Source: an uncultured bacterium
GTDB lineage: Bacteria > Babelota > Babeliae > Babelales > Babelaceae
DNA: 64,000 nucleotides
Assembly: GCA_963722385.1 (NCBI GenBank)
Contig: CAVRKK010000002.1
Span: forward strand, 544,001 to 608,000
Direction: 5' to 3'
Shown: positions 19,764-28,758 of the stretch, piece by piece
Numbering within the stretch: position 1 is the first letter of the stretch
Layout: each line of letters starts with the position of its first letter
The notes under the pieces: generated by a model
What the model saw: only the letters and a program-made list of their open reading frames with translations
The model's database searches: none
Told to the model about the DNA's origin: nothing
Position numbers and translations under genes: made by a program

Positions 19764-20996
19764 ATGAAAACGTATACTATTTTTTTAGGAGCTCTTCTGG
19801 TCACACTATCCAGCACTATTGGGGCTATGGAGCCTCCGAAAACTCCGCATAAGCCCAAACAGCCCGCTCAACAACAACTAGACCAAGCATTGATCAAAGC
19901 TATTCTCAATAACGATGTAGAACAAGCACGTGAGATTCTCGCCCAAGGCGCTAATCCGGATACGCTTGGCCCATTGAGGGTATCTAACCACCTAGAAGTG
20001 CCGGCAATTATTCTCGCCGCTTTAAGCCCAAACGGTTTAGAACTTATCGAGTTACTCGTTCATCGCGGCGCTAACATAAATACTCCCATGCCTAAGACAA
20101 TTCACTACACAACTGAGGATAATGAGCAATTCTTTATAGATAAGGGTGCCACGCCACTCTTTATTTTTATCGATTATACCCTATCAAAAGGCAAAGAAAT
20201 TACCCCTCGTATACTTGCTCAATTTATGCTCCACGGCGCCCATCTTATCCCCAGCAGTGAATGGTCGCTCAGCATAAATCCTTCCCCCCTTTTACGCTGG
20301 CTCTTTGAACACGGCTTTATAGCCACCGCTCAACGGCCAGCCCTCCTAGCTTACGATGCTTATCCTCTTCTGTTTGCTATCGCGACTCACGGTAAAGATG
20401 CCTTATCGCTTCTTCAAGAACTTCTAAAAAAAGCAGACAACGATCAACTTACACCTCATGACGTAAAGCTTATTCAAGAAGCTTTGCTCCTTGCTGTCGC
20501 ACAACACAACAACCCCATTTTCAACTTTATACTTAACCATTTCGCAAACACTGCTTACCTTCCTCAAGCCTTTACTCGTGCTGCTTTAGTAGGCAATATC
20601 CATGCCCTTGAAGCAATCTATAACACTTTGCCTAGCCAAACACGGACAAACGCATTTAATACAGCCTTAGCTTATGCGGCTGTTCAGCAACACCCGGAAG
20701 CCTTCCGCTGGATCTTGCTCACTGCTCTTGAGAATAAAATTGATATCGATCTTGCTGATGTCGAAAAAGTGCTCAGAAAACGGCTAAAGGTAATAACGCT
20801 TTCCGAGGAAGAACGGCAAGCAATCCTTGAGCTCATTGGCGATATCCACAATTTTCAATCAGCTCAACTCCTGACTCCTTATGCGCAAGGTCTAGATGTC
20901 GCCCAGATAACAAGCCAAATTCAGCGTTTACCCCCTGAACTTTTCGCTCTTGTTATGGCAGCGTTGTTGCATCCTTTTCGTGAATCAAGGGGCTAA
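19764..20996 (+). CDS. Secreted ankyrin-repeat protein, paralog of 1517..3877
   Basis: Signal peptide ending IGA-ME; GANPD, LLVHRGANIN; LRWLFEHG, AFTRAALVG and ALAYA blocks match the 1517 protein; C-terminal LPPEL. Confidence 0.85.
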   Translation: MKTYTIFLGALLVTLSSTIGAMEPPKTPHKPKQPAQQQLDQALIKAILNNDVEQAREILAQGANPDTLGPLRVSNHLEVPAIILAALSPNGLELIELLVHRGANINTPMPKTIHYTTEDNEQFFIDKGATPLFIFIDYTLSKGKEITPRILAQFMLHGAHLIPSSEWSLSINPSPLLRWLFEHGFIATAQRPALLAYDAYPLLFAIATHGKDALSLLQELLKKADNDQLTPHDVKLIQEALLLAVAQHNNPIFNFILNHFANTAYLPQAFTRAALVGNIHALEAIYNTLPSQTRTNAFNTALAYAAVQQHPEAFRWILLTALENKIDIDLADVEKVLRKRLKVITLSEEERQAILELIGDIHNFQSAQLLTPYAQGLDVAQITSQIQRLPPELFALVMAALLHPFRESRG

Positions 20997-21200
20997 AAGT
21001 TAAAACACACTCATCTCCAACATGCTAATGCTAACATACACATGATTGATATGAGGATACTATTTCACGCTCAGCATGCTCTATGGCGTAACCGTCTTAA
21101 TGTTGCTCTCTGGAGCTTTAAAAAGAAAAATGTCGATCCGCCGCGATTAATGGATTGGTTGGGTACCCATTTTTTATCGCACTTTTACGTCATATTTAAA

Positions 21201-21250
21201 AAAGAGCCGTCTCTTTTTTAACGTAGCTTACGAAAAGAGACGGCTCTTTT
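21201..21250. repeat. Palindromic unit, copy 2 (inverted)
   Basis: AAAGAGCCGTCTCTTT...AAAGAGACGGCTCTTT. Confidence 0.65.
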
Positions 21251-21300
21251 CTTGACCTGCCATCTATTTTTCGTTACATTCTCAGAAATAGGGAGAAAAA

Positions 21301-21659
21301 ATGCAACGAACAACTACGGCATTTTTGGAAAATTGGCTTGCCTCCGCTGATCGCAAGCCCATGGTTATCCGTGGCCCACGGCAAGTGGGCAAAACGTGGC
21401 TTGTGCGCCACTTAGCACAAACCCAAGCCAAAAAGCTTATTGAAATCCTCGAAGTCAAAGCAGTCAGCACCGGCAGCTTGAAATCGTTACATCTTTTTAT
21501 GGGCTTAAGGAAATGGCCGCGAGCGGTTTCCGTATTAACTCAGCACTGCCAAGACAAAGTCATGTACAGGTAAAAGACGCCCAAGGAAATACCATTGAGT
21601 ATGCTCTTTTATCACTTCCTTTTTATTTGTTGGGCGAATTACGTCGTCTTTTGCCTTAA
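21301..21659 (+). pseudogene. Internally deleted AAA+ ATPase (AAA_14/DUF4143 family)
   Basis: Walker A GPRQVGKT joined directly to the C-terminal EVKAVSTGSLKSLHLF; the last residues (LLSLPFYLLGELRRLLP) are in a shifted frame. Confidence 0.75.
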
Positions 21660-21668
21660 CAACAAGAG

Positions 21669-23042
21669 TTGATTATGAACAAACTAACCTACTTAATCCC
21701 TATTATTCTCTTCTCTTGTTTTGCAAAAGCTCTTTTGCCAAACGCAGATCAAATGGCTACTTATGAAATGGCGCTTCAGGCAATTCATTCTCACGACGTA
21801 CCTCGATTACACGAGCTTCTTAATTACCTGCCAAATATAACGACCATAAAGGACGATCAAAACAAAACGCTTATGCATCACGCAGCTGCGTCAATTCCTG
21901 CTGTTCCACCACAAGGTAGAATTGCTTTTCTCTCTATCCCGCTCATGGTGATTTCTTGTGCGGTTACTTTATTACTTAAAAACGTAGCGGGCGTACGAAA
22001 CAAGATTCTTGCGTTAGGCCTTGTTTCGTATTTTTTTTATCAAGCAACCCCAAGCTTTTTATTGGTATTTTCTGGAGATACGACGGATGAAAAATACCCA
22101 ATATACAAGCAACTGCTTAGCGAGATAGCCGCATTTACTCCATCTACAACCGATGATTTTATTGATGCTGACGACAAAACACCTATCGAATATGCTTTGC
22201 AAGCCCATTCTTTAGATGCCGTCAGACTTTTAGCCGCGACAAAGGCAGGTGGAAAATTAATTCATGCCTTACAACAGCCTTTAACTGTCCATTTTAATCA
22301 ATATGGCAACACGCCTGCGCATCAAGCTCGTTTCGTATTCTTTGGCGAGAAACACACTAATTTAGGCAATATATTGCTTAATTTTAAGGCGCTGGAAACT
22401 TTGGTTAAGCCGGAAGATCCGATTCTTCTAGAAGCCCGAGAATTTCAAGATAAAAGACTGTGCACCTCTGAAGAGCTCGCTCAACTTTTACTTCGTAATA
22501 TTCCAACATCCAAATATGACAGCAAATCGCATTCTTTGCTTGTGAGTATAATTAATCAAGCATCCTTATCATATAAAGGCACTCTATATGGTTGGGAAAA
22601 TGGAAATGCACTGTTGTTCTATACAAGCTTTTTCTTAGCCTCTATTTTTATTGGTATTGCGGTACCTGCACTTTTTTCGACGCGGACAAATTTGCTACTT
22701 TCTTCGGTGTACGTGAGTTTGCTACTAGCTTGTTTCGTTTTCGCTTTCCCGATAGCCACATGGATAGCTCAAAAAATGGGTCTTACGGATTTTGCTGACA
22801 AATGCATACTTGCTACCTTAGGCTCTTGGTTAGTAACAACGCGAAACAATGATATGATCAGCGCTCTTCAGGTCATTGATGAATCGTTACCTAATGAGAA
22901 TACCATTTTCATTATAGCAGGCTGGGGCCACTTGCCCGTAGAAAAAGACCCCAATGATTTTTCTGCTTTTTATACAAAATCGCTTAAAGATTACTTAGCA
23001 GATAAAAAACATACCATTCTCATGGATAAAAGCATCGACTAA
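21669..23042 (+). CDS. Ankyrin-like membrane protein with a TIKI/EreA/ChaN-like C-terminal domain
   Basis: Signal peptide; KTLMHHAA and KTPIEYAL ANK-like motifs; TM pairs; FFGEKH, ILLE, TRNNDM, IIAGWGHL. Confidence 0.6.
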   Translation: MIMNKLTYLIPIILFSCFAKALLPNADQMATYEMALQAIHSHDVPRLHELLNYLPNITTIKDDQNKTLMHHAAASIPAVPPQGRIAFLSIPLMVISCAVTLLLKNVAGVRNKILALGLVSYFFYQATPSFLLVFSGDTTDEKYPIYKQLLSEIAAFTPSTTDDFIDADDKTPIEYALQAHSLDAVRLLAATKAGGKLIHALQQPLTVHFNQYGNTPAHQARFVFFGEKHTNLGNILLNFKALETLVKPEDPILLEAREFQDKRLCTSEELAQLLLRNIPTSKYDSKSHSLLVSIINQASLSYKGTLYGWENGNALLFYTSFFLASIFIGIAVPALFSTRTNLLLSSVYVSLLLACFVFAFPIATWIAQKMGLTDFADKCILATLGSWLVTTRNNDMISALQVIDESLPNENTIFIIAGWGHLPVEKDPNDFSAFYTKSLKDYLADKKHTILMDKSID

Positions 23043-23049
23043 TTTTTCT

Positions 23050-23628
23050 CTAAAGCTCTTCTTTATTCGTTTGCTGACCAAACTCAGCATGCTCTTCATC
23101 TCTTATTTCTTCTTTTACCTCCGGCTTCGGCAGGTAAAAATCGGCAGCAAGCAATTCATTAACCAGCAAAAAAGCAACAAGGTGTTTTGCTTTACATTCA
23201 CCATCTTTGGCAGGATTCCGCAAACACTTTTGTAACATGTTGCGAATATCTTTCTCGATAGCGCCCAAAGCTTGATCTTTTTTCTGCTGATGGAAATATG
23301 ATTCAAATAATGGCCGATACCTAACATCATGCCATGCCTGCGATGCAGTTATCGTAGCTAAAAACTGGAGAACTTCTTCCATCAGCGCCATAATTTCAGG
23401 CTCTTGAGGGGTGCCCAGAATTGCAGACATTATTTTTGATGCGATGGGTAGCGCCTTAATACCGGCTTGATATTCTTCTTCCCATTCTTCTTTTTTAATT
23501 CTAAAAGCTCTTGCAATGGTGGCCTGATTATCTTCTAAATAGCTTGCTATTTTTTCATGTACCGCAAGCGAGGCTAAAGAATAAGTAAGCAAACTGAACA
23601 ACATGCCAATCTTCAAATACTGTGCCAT
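23050..23628 (-). CDS. Secreted hypothetical protein
   Basis: 192-aa ORF, GGAG RBS, signal peptide. Confidence 0.7.
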   Translation of the reverse strand: MAQYLKIGMLFSLLTYSLASLAVHEKIASYLEDNQATIARAFRIKKEEWEEEYQAGIKALPIASKIMSAILGTPQEPEIMALMEEVLQFLATITASQAWHDVRYRPLFESYFHQQKKDQALGAIEKDIRNMLQKCLRNPAKDGECKAKHLVAFLLVNELLAADFYLPKPEVKEEIRDEEHAEFGQQTNKEEL

Positions 23629-23648
23629 AAAAAAGCTCCTCTATCGAT

Positions 23649-24305
23649 CTATAGTTCACTTTTAAGCTGAGACTGCTCTTCTTGTTCCAACTGGTCAAAA
23701 GTTTTGTCAAGAAGCTCATAACTTTGCCAATCTTCATCATCAAAATGCCACCATTCAGTTGGTAGCGGAATAAAGCCATGCTTAACCATAATAAGCTCAA
23801 GAAGCTTACAATTACGACCAGCTGGAGGCAACATGCTCGCATATGCTCGATGTGCTTTTTCGGTGAATTCATCAAATCCGGAAGGCATGCTCAGCTCATT
23901 GCCTGTTGCAAGCTCAATAAGCGTTACATCGACCGCCGAGCCACGATTGTGCTTAGAACCCTCAGCAGGATCGGCGACATAACGCGGGTCAGGGCAGATC
24001 TCCCAAAACTTTTCTTGGACTGAAAGCGGGCGATAGCCATCAAATATTTTAAGACCAAGACCAAGCTCTTGAAGTTCCTGCTGCACCTTATTCAATTTTT
24101 CTGCAGTTCCACGACGCAGATAACAACGACTGCTTAGGTAGACTACTTTGCCGGTAAAATTATTTGTTGTTGCATAGCGTATATCTAAACGAATGTTCGG
24201 ATTAATGTTCGCGATATCGACTAAATCTTGAGGGTTTGGTTGGATACTGCCCTCGGCCAATGACGCTCCGAGCAGACCTAAGACAAACAATAGAGCGTAA
24301 ATCAT
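23649..24305 (-). CDS. ddpX: D-Ala-D-Ala dipeptidase (M15, VanX/DdpX family)
   Basis: DGYRP, SKHNRGSAVD, EWWHF. Confidence 0.92.
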   Translation of the reverse strand: MIYALLFVLGLLGASLAEGSIQPNPQDLVDIANINPNIRLDIRYATTNNFTGKVVYLSSRCYLRRGTAEKLNKVQQELQELGLGLKIFDGYRPLSVQEKFWEICPDPRYVADPAEGSKHNRGSAVDVTLIELATGNELSMPSGFDEFTEKAHRAYASMLPPAGRNCKLLELIMVKHGFIPLPTEWWHFDDEDWQSYELLDKTFDQLEQEEQSQLKSEL

Positions 24306-24400
24306 AGCCGGTGCTCCTTAGTATATGATATTATCATGCGGAACATAATAACTCAAAAGAAGCTGCTTGTCTAGAAGCTTTAGGTATAAGGACAGAGAAG

Positions 24401-24937
24401 ATGAGGCTTTTTATTGCAGCTGACATACCGCCCACCGTTGGGGAGTATTTACGGCATATACAAGAAAAGTTGCTTGCCGGTCGCTTTTTCGAAGGGACAT
24501 TTACACGCCCAGAAAATTTTCATATAACGCTTCTTTTTTTGGGCGAATGCCCCGAAGACAAAATTCCCCTTATTATTGAGCGTATACATTTCTTGCGTGA
24601 GCAGTCTGTATGCACTCTGCAATTAACAGCGCTGGAGGTTAACCAACAAGGATCTCCCTCTATTATATGGGCTCGTGTGCTGTCCCCCGATATCGAGGCA
24701 CTCGCTGCTCTCCTGCGCAAAGGGCTCGCCTTGCCAGAAGATACCAAATTTATCCCCCATATAACCCTTGCCCGCGTCAAAACGCTGACTTCTCAGCATG
24801 CTTTTTTCGAATTTTTAGAAAATAACCCTCTTAACTCAGACCCATTTTGTCTTAAAGACATCAAGCTCAAGCAATCTATTCTGACACAAGAAGGCCCCAT
24901 CTACCATGATCTCTATACCTGCCTGCTAAAAAGCTAA
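24401..24937 (+). CDS. thpR: RNA 2',3'-cyclic phosphodiesterase (2H family)
   Basis: MRLFIA, two HITL motifs, GPIY. Confidence 0.92.
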   Translation: MRLFIAADIPPTVGEYLRHIQEKLLAGRFFEGTFTRPENFHITLLFLGECPEDKIPLIIERIHFLREQSVCTLQLTALEVNQQGSPSIIWARVLSPDIEALAALLRKGLALPEDTKFIPHITLARVKTLTSQHAFFEFLENNPLNSDPFCLKDIKLKQSILTQEGPIYHDLYTCLLKS

Positions 24938-25465
24938 TCAGGTACGTACCGGATTTGGCTCAACATCATCAGTGCCAGCGTTAAGAATAGTGGTTGGCAG
25001 CGGTCCCATGGGGCCCGTTATGACACCATTTGACCTTTGTGGCGCTATAGCACCTGAGGTCGGATTCCAGCAACGAGCCTTACAGTAATTTGGCTCAAAG
25101 GGTACTGGCCCAATCGTGCGCGGCGTTGCTTGACGCGTCTTGCCGGTAAAACCAAGCACGACACAGCCAGGACTGCCATTACGCCCCCGAATCAACAAGG
25201 TATCAAATATCGGATTCATGTAGATTCCGTAAAATTTCGAACAGGTGCCATTAGGTGAATATACCGTCATATTTTGCGGATGATTGCTGAAAAAATATGC
25301 ATTTCTTCTTGTTAAGTCACCAACATATTCTTGCACCGGCGTGCTCATTTGTATCCTGACATTGTGCGGTGCTTGATTGATAATATGAAGCCCTTGCCCA
25401 TTAAGCTGCCTAGAGGTGCTCACGCAGAGCAGAATTGTGAAAAAAAAATAGCAAAACGATTTCAT
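24938..25465 (-). CDS. Secreted hypothetical protein
   Basis: 175-aa ORF, GGGAG RBS, signal peptide. Confidence 0.65.
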   Translation of the reverse strand: MKSFCYFFFTILLCVSTSRQLNGQGLHIINQAPHNVRIQMSTPVQEYVGDLTRRNAYFFSNHPQNMTVYSPNGTCSKFYGIYMNPIFDTLLIRGRNGSPGCVVLGFTGKTRQATPRTIGPVPFEPNYCKARCWNPTSGAIAPQRSNGVITGPMGPLPTTILNAGTDDVEPNPVRT

Positions 25466-25606
25466 CCAATTACTCCCTTTTATTGCTTGTAATTTATATT
25501 AGTAATATTATAGCGATATCAAGCAAAAAAACGCAAGGATTCTTGCAAATCTCATCATCCAGGCGGTATACTCCCTCAAGAATAATATGGCAGCCGAAGG
25601 GAATTT

Positions 25607-26626
25607 ATGAAATTTAGTGAAATTACGCAACGAGTCATCTTAGTGCTTGCTGCATGCAGTGCCCAGGGGCGTTTCCAGCATGACGCTGACAGCTCTTATT
25701 ATGAAAATTTTGCCATTAAGAACAAACTCGATACAGCGGTCGTTATTATTGGCTTTAATCGACCCCACTACTTTAAGGAAGTGATCGCCGCTCTTGCAGC
25801 AAATCCTGAATCAAAGAAGCTTCCCTTTTTTTTCATTTTAGATGGTGGCCCCAAGGCGCGGCAGCAGGAATATATTGCTCTCATTAACGCGGCTAAGATC
25901 AAGCGTAGCTATATTATCAAACGCAAAGTTAATTTCGGGCTCCACCGCAACATTATCTCTGCGCTGCGCTTTATTTTTGATAAATGCAAGTTCAATCGTA
26001 TTATTCACTTTGAAGATGACGTTAAGGTTACTCCCGAGTACCTGGGGCTTGTTTTGAATCTGGACAACTGGGCCCACGGCCGTTACGGCAATATTGGGGC
26101 CGTGCAAGCGTTTCGTCCTTCTCATATGACGCTTGAGGAAAAAAAAGGCAAGCTCGCCTTAATAGGTGAAACAGCAGGACTCTTGCTTGGTTATTGTTTG
26201 CGTAGGAGCGTTTGGGATGATATCAAAGATATCGTCTACGAATATGAACAGAAATTTCTCGTGGGTTGTAATTGTAATAAAGATGGCCAAGCAATAAAAG
26301 ATTGGATGCAAGAAAGGCTTGATCAAGGGCGGCGCCTCAAGGAAATTCCCTTGGGCTTACAGCGTTGGGATATTCCGCTCGATATTTATTATAGCAAGAT
26401 ACCTGAAATGGGCACCGGCCAGTGTGGCGTCATGACGATGAGCTTTTTCCTTAAAGGTTACTCGCGACTTACTACCCTGGTTAATCGCGCTATAACAATC
26501 GGTCAAAAAGGAACTTATTACACGCCCGAGCTCTATCAAAGTCACTTTGCCGATGTTACCCTTGATCGCTTTGTACACGATAGGAATCGCAAGATCTTTG
26601 AGCCATATGGTCAGTTTGTTTATTAG
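25607..26626 (+). CDS. GT-A fold glycosyltransferase with signal peptide
   Basis: IIGFNRPHY, LDGG, NFGL..NI, HFEDD. Confidence 0.75.
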   Translation: MKFSEITQRVILVLAACSAQGRFQHDADSSYYENFAIKNKLDTAVVIIGFNRPHYFKEVIAALAANPESKKLPFFFILDGGPKARQQEYIALINAAKIKRSYIIKRKVNFGLHRNIISALRFIFDKCKFNRIIHFEDDVKVTPEYLGLVLNLDNWAHGRYGNIGAVQAFRPSHMTLEEKKGKLALIGETAGLLLGYCLRRSVWDDIKDIVYEYEQKFLVGCNCNKDGQAIKDWMQERLDQGRRLKEIPLGLQRWDIPLDIYYSKIPEMGTGQCGVMTMSFFLKGYSRLTTLVNRAITIGQKGTYYTPELYQSHFADVTLDRFVHDRNRKIFEPYGQFVY

Positions 26627-26643
26627 CAAGATGAGAAGATTAT

Positions 26644-26720
<77 letters not shown>

Positions 26721-26782
26721 ATCATTATACTTATTCTATCTTCTTTTTTTAACTTGTCAATAAGAAAATATCGTTCGAGAAA

Positions 26783-27175
26783 TTACGGCTCGCTCGAACA
26801 ATCATAAAGAAGCACATGGGCTATGGCTATTGTTTGTGCATGAGTTAAGCTCACTGTGCTTTCAATCGGGCAAAGCCGAAGAGCACCCCACGCAACAACC
26901 AAGGTGGGATGACCGGCCTTGGTGGCAACCTGGACATGCCGTATTACCGTCAAAAAAGGCGGCAGCTCTGTCGTATGCAAAGGGAAGAGCGCTTTATAAA
27001 AAGCCTCCTTGGCGGCAAAGCGCACCGCAAACCGCTCCGCACTTTTGAGTGGGTTAGCTAAGCAATAGGCAAGCTCGTCGTGACCAAATATACGCAAAAG
27101 CCTTGCTGCCCTGTACTCATGCCAATGGGCGAACCTTTTAATATCAACAGCATCTATTCCGCTACTAAACTTCAT
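26783..27175 (-). CDS. acpS: Holo-ACP synthase
   Basis: GIDAVDIKRF, RFAAKEAFYKAL, SLTH. Confidence 0.9.
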   Translation of the reverse strand: MKFSSGIDAVDIKRFAHWHEYRAARLLRIFGHDELAYCLANPLKSAERFAVRFAAKEAFYKALFPLHTTELPPFLTVIRHVQVATKAGHPTLVVAWGALRLCPIESTVSLTHAQTIAIAHVLLYDCSSEP

Positions 27176-28713
27176 AAGCGCTTCTGCTCTTTGCTTTGAT
27201 CAAGTGAACGGTAGGCAAGCGCCTCGTAAAGATGCTTGGCCTCAATATTATCATTGTCCTCAAGGTCAGCGATCGTGCGCGCAATCTTTATGAGCTTATG
27301 GTAGCCGCGCATGCTTAAGTTGAGCCGATCAAATGATTTTTTTATAATGTCTTGTCCCTGGGAGTTCAACACACAATGCATATCAAGCAGGTCAGGGCTC
27401 ATCGTGGCATTCCACCTATTCGTATCGCCAAAGCGCCTTTTTTGGCGAGCTACCGCTTTTTCAACATCCGCATAGAGCTCTGCTGACGACATATCGTGAG
27501 AACGCGCGCTCAATGCTTCATAATCAACGGAGCCAACGGTAACTTGGAGGTCTATACGATCAAGCAATGGCCCCGAGAGCTTTTGCACGTAATTGGCAAC
27601 ATGCTGGGTCGAGCACGTGCACGCTTTGCGCTTATCGCCAAAATACCCGCAAGGGCAGGGGTTAAAAGCACATATCAATAAGAAAGATGCGGGAAACGTT
27701 ATCGTCTGTTGAGCGCGCGCAATCGATACCGACTTTGCCTCTAATGGCTGTCGCAAAGCCTCTAAGGTTGTCTTTTTAAATTCAGTAAGCTCATCCAAAA
27801 AAAGAATCCCATTATGAGCCAAGCTAATCTCGCCTGGCTGAGGAAAAGACCCACCACCAACGAGGCCTGCCTGGCTAATAGTATGATGGGGGCTTCTAAA
27901 CGGTCGATGTAACGCAAGACCCTTGGTATTAAGCTTGCCAGACACTGAATAGATCTTAGTAGTTTCAAGAACTTCATCGAATGATAGAGCAGGCATGATC
28001 GTAGGCAACCGCTGGGCAAGCATACTTTTGCCTGAGCCGGGTGGCCCTACAAATACCACGTTGTGTCTTCCGGCTGCAGCAATTTGTAATGCACGCTTGG
28101 CCTGGTATTGTCCTTTAACCTGATTGAAATCAATATCCCAAGCGGGTCGTTGTAATGCTTGGGTCCGCAACCCGAGAACCGTTGGCGCCATCGCAGCTTC
28201 ATTACGCAAATAAGCTATGAGCTCAGTAAGATGGCGGACAGCGAGCACTTCTACACCCGCACGCAAAGCCGCTTCTTCGGCATTATCTACAGGTACAACA
28301 AGCCTCTTTTTGCCCATAAGCGCCGCGTCACAAGCAATCGGCAAAACTCCCTTGACCGATTTAATGGTGCCATCAAGCGAAAGCTCGCCAATAAAAATTG
28401 TTTCATCAAGAAATTCTTTGGTTGTCCCAAAAAGATTAGCCGCATGTAAAATGCCTAATGCGATGGGCAAGTCAAAAAGCGTGCCCTCTTTTTTAAGGTC
28501 TGCTGGCGCTAGGTTAACAGTGATCTTGCGCTCAGGGAGCTTAATGCCGCAATTTTTAAGCGCTGTCAGAATACGCTGCTTGCTCTCTTTAATCGCGGCA
28601 TCAGGCAGTCCAACAATAAAAAATTGCAAAAGCCCGAGCGACAAATCAACTTCTACATCGACTAAAAAGGCATCAATGCCGATCGTTGTTGCTGACACTA
28701 TCTTTGTATGCAT
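27172..28713 (-). CDS. comM: YifB/ComM Mg-chelatase-like AAA ATPase
   Basis: IVGLPDAAIKES, NLAPADLKKEG, GPPGSGKS, RPFRSPHH, NPCPCG, SGPLLDRID. Confidence 0.95.
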   Translation of the reverse strand: MHTKIVSATTIGIDAFLVDVEVDLSLGLLQFFIVGLPDAAIKESKQRILTALKNCGIKLPERKITVNLAPADLKKEGTLFDLPIALGILHAANLFGTTKEFLDETIFIGELSLDGTIKSVKGVLPIACDAALMGKKRLVVPVDNAEEAALRAGVEVLAVRHLTELIAYLRNEAAMAPTVLGLRTQALQRPAWDIDFNQVKGQYQAKRALQIAAAGRHNVVFVGPPGSGKSMLAQRLPTIMPALSFDEVLETTKIYSVSGKLNTKGLALHRPFRSPHHTISQAGLVGGGSFPQPGEISLAHNGILFLDELTEFKKTTLEALRQPLEAKSVSIARAQQTITFPASFLLICAFNPCPCGYFGDKRKACTCSTQHVANYVQKLSGPLLDRIDLQVTVGSVDYEALSARSHDMSSAELYADVEKAVARQKRRFGDTNRWNATMSPDLLDMHCVLNSQGQDIIKKSFDRLNLSMRGYHKLIKIARTIADLEDNDNIEAKHLYEALAYRSLDQSKEQKRL

Positions 28714-28758
28714 AATCCGCACAGTTGCTCATGATTGACCAAGCAATGATAGCAGGTC

